Below the pieces are notes generated by a model. That model was not told the origin of the DNA and did not search any database. It saw only the letters and a list, made by a program, of their open reading frames with translations. Below, in pieces: positions 24,519 through 37,345 of a stretch of DNA of 64,000 nucleotides; the first letter of the stretch is position 1, and the number at the start of each line of letters is the position of its first letter. The DNA comes from Mizuhopecten yessoensis (taxonomy: Eukaryota). The DNA lies in NCBI RefSeq assembly GCF_002113885.1, contig NW_018408821.1, positions 1,176,135 to 1,240,134 on the forward strand, read 5' to 3'. Made by a program: the position numbers and the translations under genes.

Positions 24519-27500
24519 TTATAATGGTTGACTTCTCAATAATTCTTTTCAAATAAACCTAGTAAATATAATATTGGGGATGTTTTGACGTGTTACTTTG
24601 ATCTGACCTGTGCTATCATGTAATGGCGGTTTGAATCTAATAAAATGAATTCAGTTAAAGCCTATTTATTGTATAAGTTTTTGTTTTATTCCACTCTCGA
24701 TGTGAACATTTTTTAGTTAAACAATACGTAAGGTTGATGCTTTCTCCTCCGACTCTTTTTTTCCTCCAAAATATAATATCACTCCAAAACCCCTAACAGC
24801 CTTTCTTCTTATGTACAAATGTATGCATGATATCAGTATGATATCACCATTGGAAAAGACTTTTATATTTATTTAATAAACTATGTTTAAAATAAACTAA
24901 AATCCACATTAATGAGAAATTGATCTTTTGAGGTAAACATCTAAATAATGCAAAACTATAAAAAAAAGTTACTCTCAAACATTGTATAGCATTAAGTTAT
25001 TTAAAACAAAATATCTTAAAGCATTTATATAATTTAAATTACTTCGTAGAAATAGACCTTCGTTAAATTTTGATATCCACAACTGCGATCCTAGATGAGT
25101 GAGATTTTTTCTTGTTAAAATGGTTAAAAAACTATTTATTGTTTAATAAATCATAAAAACGTGTCAAAGCAAAAAAAAAGAAGGTCAAAAAAATAAAATG
25201 GTATACGCTTAATATCAGGACTGGTTAAGGGCATTGAATTAATAAAATTCAGGACACGTTTACAGCAGGTGAGTAAAGCAAATTTGGTGTAACAGCTGGC
25301 CACAAACACTAATATCGCATAATTTATATGACAAATTATGCGAAAATAGTGAAAATATTAATATAGCTAACGATACAGATATATACGAAAAGGATCAAAG
25401 AAATGAAAATAAAATCAGAATCCCTTTCTTATTCAGTTTGAGTTTTAATTGACGGAATATTGGTGATATGAGATCTATAAACAGTAAATGTGGTTCTACT
25501 TTTAGTTATAAGAGAACTATGTGAAAAGTGAAAGAACCAGATTTCACAAATTGTTTACCTCCCTCCATCTACACGAATCATCTCATCACATAATTTGAAT
25601 GTGAAACATGACAATTACACTGAACCATAACGAACGTTGCTTCCATAAAGTCAATGTTGAATGACCAAGTTCCAGCAAATACAGTGATCGATTGTTAGGC
25701 ATTGTGCTTTTAAGGGAATGTACACTTCCGAATTTACATGACATTTACGTGCTGATTTCTTGCCACATATTATGAATGATGTCTACTTAGTGATATGACC
25801 CTAACTGTTCCATGATGAGTACACGACAAAAGTAATTATTCGTGAAATGGTCATTGATTGCTCTAGAGATAATGGAATCTAAACAAGGAAAAGAACTGTT
25901 CACGGAATGATGACAATTACTGACCTATGGGCATTGCAAAGTACAAAAGTTTGCGAAGAATGCGTCTATTTTCCCAAGGGCCTCGTCAACACGTCTGTAT
26001 GTTGTCGTTATCGTTCACAGTTCACAAATTACAGCTCATGGCACAGAATGTAGCGTACACGCTGGTAAAATAATCATTCTTGTGTTTGATGAAGAATTTG
26101 TTATATATATATATTCACACAATTATAAAACTAGATAAATACGATATAATCTGAAATTAACGAAAACTGTTACACTTTTCTACGCAGTTGGCAGTACGTA
26201 TACGTTTGGATGTTTAGCTCACATGATTGATTGTCAATGACAAATTGTCTGATATCAAACTGTACAGTGACAATATTATATGGGGAAAACGTAAAAGCAC
26301 GATATTTCATTTACATTCATGTTTTTAAAGTCAATTTATTAGTTAAACAATAACATTTAACTAACATACTTGAACGAGAAGTTACTGTGTGCTGTACGTC
26401 TGTTCACATCCAGCGTTCGTGGTTGTAAATCTTTATTTATATACAAGTCAGGTAGTTAACCCCGATTATAAGTTTCAGAAATATTAAAATATTCTCATCA
26501 CAGATCACAAATCAAACATCAAAACGGTGAAAGACAAATTCATTTTTGCCCCGTCAGTTTGATAGACAGATAAAGCAGACGATAACTAAAGAGCATCTTT
26601 GTTGTTAAACCTTTGTTTTCTACCTATTTGAATATATTGTTTTGGAGTATTTGAAAGACGTCTTAATAATCTATAGATCATAAAATTGTTAAAAATAAAC
26701 GGGTACCCTAATAATTCGTTTTTGTTTAAGTGGAGACAAATCGTATGATTTGGGCAATAGAATAAAAACAACTCTATGACAAACAAAAAAATGCAGCAAT
26801 TAAAGCTGCTGGACACCAAATTAATTCATGAATATGGCTAACTGACAGTACACCAACCTCGAGGGAATGGATGTTGCATAATCAAATTTATCGAAATTTA
26901 ATAATTTAATAAATTGATAATGGCATTAATTTTTCATTTAGAGCTGTTGTCATTCAATATTTGTCACACAGCACACACATGTACATTTTTAAAGGCTTTT
27001 ACGAAGACACATTTTGCCACAACGCTGTTTTTTGTTGTTGTTACCACATATTTGTTTTATACAAGTGAAATGAATAATTCGTATTGAGCGGGAAAACCAT
27101 AAAGTTTGCTATTTCTTACTTTTTTCACGTCACACCACGCAAATCTTGCTATATCAGAAAAGCGCGGGGATGCGTAGCGTATTTTTTGACGCCAAGTTCT
27201 TATTACTTCACGTCACAGAGCACCATTTTGAATGAGTTTTTACTGCAGTTTTGCCGTTTGCTGCTATTATCTGGTAAGATTACCAGACAAAAATGATATT
27301 AGGAGTGTGTTTATGTGAAAAAAAATATGTATGCTGTATAGGTGGAACACACAACCACTTGTTCTGCTGTCGCTTCAATTAAACCTGACACTGAAAATCT
27401 ACGCAGAGAATAGAATGTACCGTTCAGATTGGACCATACTTAAGATAAAATGTTTCGTATATTTCCACTGCATTATGATATGTTTATATCAAATGGAGAA

Positions 27501-27756
27501 TTCATGACATTTCACTAATAAACTGTAATAATTACAGATATCGTAGAGTTTACTATCATATTTTGAAGACAGTATGCGGCCTGAATTTCCCAGAAGGCTT
27601 TCACGCATGGTGAAGCACCGGAAGTTGACAAAGTGTTTACATATTAAACCCCGGCCCGCCACTTTGGGTTTGAAAAAATTCTAGTATATCTGAACCTAAC
27701 TAATTTGGATATGCATCAATATGATCCAACACATAAGAAATGTGTGATTCTGGCAA

Positions 27757-29039
27757 GTGTTCGAACACAATGGTATGAAAGCCAACCCTGATAAATGTCA
27801 GGCTATTTGTGTTGCCATCAAGGCTAATAGTAGCATCAAATATTTTCGGATTCTGTTAAACAGTGTGATTTATGTAAATCTTCTTGGTGTCAATGTTGAC
27901 CATAACCTCAAGATGGATACCCACATATCTAACATATGTAGAAAAGCTACTAAACAACTAGCTGTTCTCAAAAGAATTGGTAAATTTGTATCTAAACAAA
28001 GCAGAATGGCCATATTCCAATCTATTATTGTGTCAAATTTTAATTATTGCCCTCTGGCCTGGCACTTCTGCAGTAAAAGTAGTACATCAAAAATGGAAAA
28101 CAATACATTTTGTGGTAGATGACCACACTACTCCTTTTTATAACATTTTGATGAAGTTTGATTATTTACATTGAAGATTGTAAATATTTTACCGCTTGCA
28201 TTAATTTAAGATCTTATCATCCTTAAAAATGTTTCTTATAATCTCAGGAATGAAAACACAGTCGAGATTTCAAGAGTGAACACCACCAGGTTTGGCTTAA
28301 AGTCCTTCCACTTTGTGGCAGCCAGAGTGTGGAACAGTCTGCCTAATGAGCTCAGAACAGCTCGTTCTTTTCCGGTTTTTCCCAGACTGCTCAGCGTTAC
28401 CTGGGTGACTCACTCTGCAATTTCCCCTTGTGTTCACGCTAGTTTGTCACTGCTCATTTTATGTATTTATAATTTTCTTGCATATTTCTCAAACTACATG
28501 TTGTTTTATAATTTCGCTATGGTGCTTGTTTGTTGTGTAGCTTGCTTGAGATGCTTTGCATATCATATGCTTTGCGGCATTACTTGCCAATTGTATTACC
28601 TTTTAGTGCTTTTTCTTGTTGTATAGTTTGCTGGTATTTCTTTGAAGTCATGCGATTTGCTTGCTGTGCTCTGTCGTTATGTAACTTGTGTGTAGTGCCT
28701 ATCGTCATATTATGTTTTAAATAACCCTCTTAACATTATCTTTACTATTCCTTTATCATTTGATCCATACACTCTGTATGTATTTTAAACTTTGCTATAT
28801 TAGCATATATATATTAGTCACCCAACAGTTTTGCATGAGATTTTCGCTTGCTCTTATCTATGTACTTTTAATCAATTTGTTTAATTCATTCTCTCATACT
28901 TAGCAATGGTAGTTTTATATCTTTGTTACCTTGCTGTGATATTTTTTTCTTATGTTTTCGTAATAATAGCTTTTCAGAGCTAATGTTTCTGTTTTCATTT
29001 ATACGACTATGAATAAAATTTATTGTATCTTGTATTGTA
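27757..29039 (+). mobile_element. 5'-truncated CR1/L2-group LINE (RT C-terminus plus 3' UTR), decayed
   Basis: NGMKANPDKCQAI...LLGVNVDHNL..DTHISNICRKA.KQL.VLKRI...SNFNYCPLAWHFC, then NTTRFGLKSF..VAARVWNSLP. T-rich 3' UTR ending aataaa plus a tattg/tatcttg tail at ~29012-29039. Confidence 0.8.
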
Positions 29040-30850
29040 ATAGTCTTTGGTTTTGATTCTTGTTGTTGGCTTTTTGTATTAATGTTAATTTTCTATTTTG
29101 ACCTTTTGTCATATTGCGGATGCATAAATGTTTTTCTTTTTTTTTCTTTTTAGTGTCAAAGCGATTAAAGTTGGTCACTCGTAATATCCCTTGACGGATT
29201 CATACAATAAGAATTATTTTAAACTTGCAGTCTCTTTTATCGAGTTCGACTTTAAATTTGTCAAAAAAGACCTAACTTGTTTCATAATTTGTGTTGACAA
29301 ATTCTAAAACGCACATGCTTTGAGATACGAATATGAAGCATGGAATATGAAAAAAAAGTTGTATTATATGGTTACGTAAGCCGTGATGTACACTTTGCAT
29401 ACATACATCCTTGACACTCAGACAGCTCATGCAAGCTTCAGCACGGCGTTGCTATGGACATTTAGCTGCCATGATTACCACTGTTGACGTGGATGCATTG
29501 CGGCAGCGATGCGTCTCGCACCCTAACGTACCTTTTCCCTTGGGCTATCTGGCCACCAAATTATCAACACACGATCATACTCAAGGACGCAACAATACAG
29601 ACAGTTGTCTGGCGACACTTTGACATATTATCGTCTTTCCGGAGACCGCTCAATTGGTTTGACATATCATACTTACCACTTGGATTGGACATATTGCCTT
29701 TTAAACACTCGTAAAGTATACCAAATGTAAGAAAGAAAAGGGAATACGTCCGAAATGATCATTACAGAATAGATCTAAAACGATACCATTAATTCATTCA
29801 ACATGTCACAGTTATAGTTCAGTAATCGATTCATTCACAAGCATTCAATTTGCGATTTAAATGTTGGCTTGATACTTCTGTAACTTGACCAATTTCGTAC
29901 CTCAATCACATTTTGTTCAGTCGTCTTCTGCATAGACCTATATATAGTTCACACATATTGGTGTGTTCATTGTAACAAAGGCTAACAGGTAACACAATGC
30001 TACCAAAGAGCAAACACTACTAGATATACGTCCCTATAATTATATGTCATTTTTTCTTGCCTGCCGTTCGCTGAAATCATCATAATGTAACAATTAGTTT
30101 GTGTCGTGGCTTAGAATCTCTCTGCAATACCACTTCACGATTCTTTGAATGCGTTAACATTAAAATAGAACCATATCTACCCAGCTGAAAACACAACACA
30201 TCATTGTCTGTGCTATTGATTCAATTTATTCCTAAAGATAATATGTTTGAAATCAATAAATGATAGCATTATCATTGTATATATTGACGGCTAGTTGAGT
30301 ACCCTACGTCAACAACCTGATGCTAAAGCTTACCCATCCCTATTGACACGTGACGTCAGATATCTCCGTTCAGCTGTCCTAGTCCGAGATGTGTGAGATA
30401 GAGATATCCCATGAAAGATTGTGGAGCAGGATATAACTGTCTGGCATCACATGATAACAATCAAATGACGTCACGTCTACAAGGTGTATAATTTAAAAAA
30501 GCCGGAAGACCACAATGAAATCTTCAAGTCAATTAGCCTTTTACCGTATACTTTTTTTTATAAATACAACTGTAGGTCTATTTTTAAAGAACAATGGCAT
30601 TTTCACGAAAGTTCCCCATTTATATGTCATTCCACATATAGACATACGGCACTAATTTAGACGCAGACAAGCGATAATTTCAACTACTGCAGCCACAAAA
30701 CATAAATATATAACATATTACCCTGTTTTCATTGATTCTAATTGGCTACTCCTTGGTATAAGCTTCACCAATTTAAAGCGAATCGACCCAATGATTCTAT
30801 TTTTTTTAGCTATCGACCTCCTTATTCTTACATTCGGATATTACGTTCCG

Positions 30851-30852
<2 letters not shown>

Positions 30853-30883
<31 letters not shown>
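30853..30883. repeat. Poly-C/poly-G tract (31 bp)
   Basis: Uninterrupted C run. Confidence 0.95.
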
Positions 30884-31584
30884 TTGTTCTAACCTTTTGA
30901 ATACCTAATATAATCTAAAGATATGTATGATATTCAATATAAAAAATAAAGACGTTTGTTTCTGTCAATACGTTGTTATATTAACTATCGTTTCAAGTCC
31001 ATAATTGATAAATATAAACGTTATCATTTCGAACCCTGTTTGTATGATATCTTTATTAATCAATAGGCATAAATGCCTTTGTGCAGCATAATCATCATAC
31101 ATAATTGAATGATAACAGTTACAAATAGTACATTTTCAGCTTATGGACATTGTGACGTAGCCAATTTAGCATTTAAATATACTTAAATAATATTGGTATC
31201 CACGTGTACAGCGTCAGGTACAGGGACGCATGTAATTCAAGTTTAGGTTACAAAAACATTGATATCTAGGTCCACATGCACTGCAATATAATGTTTTATC
31301 ATAAACCTGAGTTCCCCGTATATTAACAAAAGACATTTAAGTTCTGTAAATGTCAAAATTTTTCGAATGCATAGGGGCCTTAACTCTGCTTAAAAATGGA
31401 AGCATGACCGACAAAGACAACCCACTAAGTGAGTCCCAAGCATCTGCCATGCCTCGTTAGGCAACACAGAAAACAAATGATATGACTATTTAACGAATTC
31501 CGGTTTTCCCCTGTTTTGTCAGGTCCTGAGTATCCAGAAACATCACCTTCATCCTTACCTATTCACCTTAGCCATTAAACAGCA

Positions 31585-33500
31585 AGTTATTTCTTCTTTC
31601 ATTAGCTTTAAAAATACAATTTGCTAAATTCTTAATAACAGTCACATTTTCTGAAGTCATCAGCTCCAGAAATTTTACCATATTTGGATTGGTATACTAT
31701 CTTCGTTGGATAACCTGTGATCTTGAGTCAGAAAACTTGCAACAAGCAATGATAAAAAGGTACTCATCTTCCAACACATTACAGAAAGTACATATTCTCA
31801 ATTGATACTGATTGAAACAGGTCTATGCCATCGCCTTAACTCTACACTGAGGTGATGTGATGAAACTTTCTGTCCTGTCATCGCTTACACTTTATTTGCA
31901 ATATCCAAGTACTTTTTGTATTCAAAATTACATGTGTCGATCAGTTGTTCATCAAACCTACCTCGGGATGACCCGGTAAACTCAACATTCTAGTCATGTA
32001 CAAAAAACATCTCTGACTCTTCTTTTAAATAGACACATAACATATTTATACTACCTACCGCCTCGAAATACCATACATAACCAAATCCATGGGTATAAAG
32101 CAATGACTTTACTAAACTTGCCCAATCATTGACATCATGCGACTCACACTGATCATACAGTACCTTATAAACAGATTATTTCCACGCACAATTTTTAACC
32201 AATACTTTATAATTCTGTTATACCTCAACAGCCTCAAAGGCGTACGACCATGTTCACCATATACAAAACTATTCTGTGTGGTAGATTCGACGCCCAGTAA
32301 CCTTTTAACTTGAAATGTAACCTCTCAATAGCCATATCAGTATGGAAACCAACACCTCGGTCCCATAACCTAGCACTGGACTGACTAGTTTATCAAATAA
32401 ACTGCACATGTGTTTAGGACTCAGTCAAATAAACTTTTTTGTCCACTTTTCCAACCTTGTTCCGCTTACGTTTTTTGAGTTTCCGAAAAGGCATCCCCTG
32501 CCGTAAACACAAGATCTAAGTTGGACAATCTGCTAACAATCTCAATCTCCTGGCCACCTAGGAAAAAAGTAAGGAGTCGCTGAACCTTCTTCTCTTGCGA
32601 AACACCATAACTTTTGTTTTTCACTATGTTTACCTTCATTTTCCATCTTTCACAGTAGTCATGCAAAATATCCAATCCCAACTGTAAACCAACAGCTGTG
32701 TCTGCAATAATGGTTATATCATCTGCATGCAACAGAAGGAATACTTTTAGGAAGTTAACTGATATACTCTCAAAACCTTTCACAATCAATTCGTTCTCCA
32801 GATAATTAACATGCAAATAGAAAGGGTGAACGACTTTCACCTTGTCTTACCCATGTGACACAAATAAACTCATCTGATACTTCATCATAAACTTTAACTC
32901 TAGACTTAGCAGTGTTGTACATTGACTTTTGGGAAATCTTCAAAAGTGCAAAAATATTGTCTATTTGATTTGATAAAATGTGAAATTAACCCGTGTAAAT
33001 GAAACATATTTTCCACAGTGCAATGCTCAGCTCTAAAGCCTGCTTGGGCATCTACATATACCCCATGCTCCTCTGCCCAGGCAGGGAGTCTGCTGTTAAA
33101 CACTCTAGTAAATAACTTTCCTACTACACATAACAGAGTTATTCCTCTGTAGTTTTCCACATTTGATAATGGCCCCTTTTATGCAAGGGAATGCCGTATC
33201 CATCAGACCACGAATCTAGAAAAATGCCAGATTTAAAAATGTTATTAAAACTCTTGTTGAAACATGGTTTTAAAATATGTTTACCAATAATCAAAAACTC
33301 ATTTATAATCAAAGGACCAGCACTCTTACCATTTTTCGACTGTTTTGCAGCCTTTCAACTTCTTCAATACTGATATCAACATTCGGACTCTCAGACCCCA
33401 CTTGCGTTTGGTAATTATAATATCTCTCATTAAACTCAATTATGTCGTCATCCGGTGTAAAAATGGATCTACTTGGTTGTACACCATTGAGAAAATATCT
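31585..33500 (-). mobile_element. Decayed LINE ORF2 (RTE-X-like), RT plus C-terminal Cys/His region
   Basis: ENYRGITLLCVVGKLFTRV...QAGFR; LLLHADDI...GLQLGLD.L..YCERWKMKVN; C-terminal WHRPVS...ICTFCNVLEDEY-like segment. Many frameshifts and stops. The clade call is tentative. Confidence 0.8.
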
Positions 33501-36380
33501 TTAAAACCATTAACATATTTTTTTGTTGTTGGAGCTTTACTTGTTGTCTTCTTTAACAATTTCCAGTACTCTTTTACATTACTTGCGCCTGCAGCTAGTA
33601 GTTTGCCTGTTTGTAAGATCTTGTTTAAAAGCTGCGCTAAAAGTTAATCCTGTCGCCGGAATCGAACCCGCGCCTGCCAACATACTAGGATCCAATATCT
33701 GCCAATGACTCTAAATCTAACTACCACCGTGGGTTTTAAGCCGGAAGGGAAAATTACCATTTATTAAATGCAATGATGTTGGATAGGAATTTCATATTAA
33801 AGTCACAGATTGAAGTCTGGTGCTAGGCAACTCACATTTCTTGAATAAAATAATTGGATAGAATATACATATTTCACGTAGAACTGCGCTGAATGCAGAT
33901 AATATATTGTCAAAGTAACCTATGTTACTGTTACTACCTTCACACACAAAAACTTAAGTAGGATGATCGAGTTTTTAATACTCTTTATACAGAGACGTGA
34001 ACGAAGGTGGGGACCGAGCAGGCTGCTAGAGAGGATCATTGTGGTCGTTTATCTGTTGTCTGAATTTTCAAGACTGTGAACGAAATCAAAATTTTTTCAC
34101 AATAGGACAGTTCGGGGAATGGGATGTGAGAATATAGGGGCGATTAAATTGGGTGTTCCATTGACACGCTCAGAAACTATAAATGTGGAGGAGGATGTGT
34201 AAATGTGGAGGTGGGAATTGTCGTACGTTTTCTTCTGGTACTGTTGTTATGTTATAAGAACCGAGATCACAAGAAATACTATATCGGTCATGAGTCACAA
34301 CGGACTGTTTCATTCATTTATGTTATCACTCTAATATGAAACCATATTCATACAACAAAATCAACCAATCAAAGTAGATATGTGACTCCCATCAGAGATT
34401 CCGAGTTGTTCAAAGTATAATAACCTTTCTCTATTAACGAACATTCTAATGAGAGAGTGCGCGTATTGATTACTGCATGCTGTCTTTGGAAAACAGCAGT
34501 AACTAACACCAATCTCCCCTTCGGGCTCGGTCGTGGTCGGTATCATAACATCAGAACTTGAAATTACTACCACAAATGTCGACATTTCAGCAATAACACA
34601 CATTTCCTCAACATGAAATCGGGCATTTGTGTGATGAGTGCAAAGCAGCGCAATAGGTTAAGTGTATGTGTTTTTTTTATATTCACTTAAAATACGAAGA
34701 AAAATCACATATTTGAACATTTCGTTTATAAAGCAAACAAGATGCAAATGCGTTAACATTGAAATGCACCATATGGCAGTTTCATCTACTTAGGACTCGT
34801 CAATGGTACTAATGGTCAATCGAAAAAGTCTATGTTATACTTTTAGTGAAATATTGATTATACTCCCTTAATGCTCGTAGGCATAATTATCTTCATATGT
34901 TGAACATGTATTTTTTAAACAAATTTCAAAAATGCCTCCCTTGACACAAACCATTTATAAATTCCCTCCCAATTTGACCTTGTTTGACCACATAGTCATG
35001 TTGATAGGTCATTTGCACAGCATATACATAAATAAATCATACTCTTTCCCTATATGTATCAGGAAAGACAAGTTGGTAGGCTTTAGAAAAGCAAGCTTGA
35101 ACGAAATCAATGACAAGGAAGACGTTTTCTGGACTTGCACAATCAGATAGTCCTAATCTAGTATAAACATGTCGTATGGTGAAGAGTATGGGACGTCTTG
35201 TCTTGTTTCAGAAATTAAATGTCAAACCTCACGTAAAACCTCTGATGACTCTTATCAGACAATGATGTAGATTACCGTGCTCTTGTATCATTATATACAA
35301 ACTATTTAGATTACTAGTTGTGTCCGAGATACCCCGCAGGTTCGGCGCACTGTATCTCATTGTATAATTGTAAATGGCAACTAATGTTTAACCCTCTGTA
35401 GAATCGGATTATTTTGTATTGTCTGCTGTTTCTGCTATTGTCTTGTGCGTGCTGCAGCCATTGTGAAACTCATCATGTTTCGATTCTCGCTTCCGCTGTG
35501 TTTTACATTATTAACAATTGTTTTGTCTTATCTTGACATTTCATCTTTATTTTTCTACATGTTCCCTAGCTGGTACGTATTCTACACTCTGGTGAAGATA
35601 CGCTTTACTAGCCATTTTTATGAAATGGTGGCGGAATATATATCGTACTAATCATGGAAATGTCACACAGAAACATTTCAATGGTTGTGACGTATGAGCC
35701 TGTATAAAACAGACACTCTTTGCATAGCAATCGAGATAGGAATCATGTAAAAATATAGGGGAGGGGAATTAGTTAGTCATTCAAACATATACTGTTTACA
35801 TCTTTATTAATCAAACTAGTGTTAAGATGGCATGCAAGTTAAAGATGTCCAATTTTGATTAAAAAAAATACAATTAGGAATACGTTTTTTGCATTTAATG
35901 ATTTAACATTAATGTTTTTGTGTATTATGCAACGTGTTTGCTAGTCTAACACTCGACAATATCTGGTATTAACTTTGAAACAGTGGTGTTAGAGGTAGAA
36001 TATTTAATGTCATAAGATCAATTTATGATAACAAACGTTCTCGTCTTAATAATAAGGGAAATTATCTGCCATTTTCAATATACATGTGTGGCTACTAGCA
36101 TTACATGGGGAATGTGGGAATGTTAATGAGAAAAAGTTTTATTGTTATGAAATCACTTTTAATTACGTTTTATGTTACTGTATTTGATGATTATGCTTTA
36201 TTAACAGAAGATGTGAACTGTCTTGATGTTTGCTAGACTGTCTGGTATCGTACACTGAAACTAGAAACTCACAGTTATAGCGTTTAAACGTTTAAACCAA
36301 AATTGTTTGGTTTCATTTGAAGGAAAAAATTGAACTAATGAAAGTGGAAACATCACTGGAAAATCATATGAGATAATGAT

Positions 36381-36475
36381 TTTTCATTTCACAAAGATTT
36401 TATTGAATATAAAATTTTATACAAATTCAACAGGAATACGGCAACAGGCGAGTGCCTATACAAGCTCTCTCCTGT
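36381..36475 (-). mobile_element. Severely 5'-truncated CR1-like LINE 3' end
   Basis: Minus strand acaggagagagcttgtataggcactcgcctgttgccgtattcctgt (stem-loop), then aataaa and a short gaaat-type tail. Confidence 0.45.
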
Positions 36476-37345
36476 GATAAATAGTGTTGTATTGAAAGTT
36501 GTTATGAAAATAGCGGCTATTTGCATAAACACATTATTATGCAAATTATATTCTAAAATTGTATATTTACCTTTACACGGTCATGACAAGGCCCTTGATT
36601 TACCATTGTATAGAAAATTATTCTGTTTAAACGAGACAACGAATCATTAATGTTATTTAATGGGATAACTTGTTCGTTTTAACGAGGGAACTAATGGATT
36701 TTAACAAAACAATTAACGCATTAAATGGAGATCTGTACTTATTTTTTAAATTAACGCTTCCTCAACAACCAATTATCTTAAAAAGTTAGATATCAGTCAA
36801 ATGTGATCTAAGAATAATGTAAAACAAAATACTGCGCATAAGGTGTATACGGCAGGTGTGTCATCATCTTCGTATTAACCTATATATATGTTCGCTGACG
36901 ATTTCCTATCTAACTTAACACACATATGACCTCGTGTTATCGCGGGATGTGTCCGTGCATCTATATGCCAGATAACCTACTTGACGCTTATCACTGTATA
37001 TTACGTAAGTCTAAGCTCCTCGTCTTCAAATGATGAAAGTGATAATATATTTCAGCAATACTGCGCCTGATAACGTTTGAGTTGGTCACGTTGTCGTACT
37101 GCTGGTCTATGCTTTCCCCACGTGCTATGATTCACTATCACTGTGCACTGTTTTCTCAATAGGTTACAGTATACAAACGCATCAAGGATTTTGAAACGTA
37201 CAGCTGCATTAACCGTATACGATCATTCGTTTATAGACTCAATATTATCGCATCTTACACAATATCTATGAAGAGGTGAATTTTATCAACAGTAGCATAC
37301 ACACGTGTTGCTTTTTACACAAAAACATATATTTTGAAACTCAAC

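Noticed and set aside
21033-24524. Duplicated MPKPPYLITS ORFs (21033 and 24336)
   Set aside because: Antisense translations of the A direct repeats.
33645-33740. tRNA-like B-box (ggaatcgaaccc); similar motif at ~51722
   Set aside because: No cloverleaf can be folded; likely tRNA-derived repeat remnants, boundaries unsupported.
34361-34660. Possible decayed Cys-containing extracellular exon
   Set aside because: Only vague PAN-like Cys spacing, and the putative next exon (~33990-34073) has an in-frame stop.
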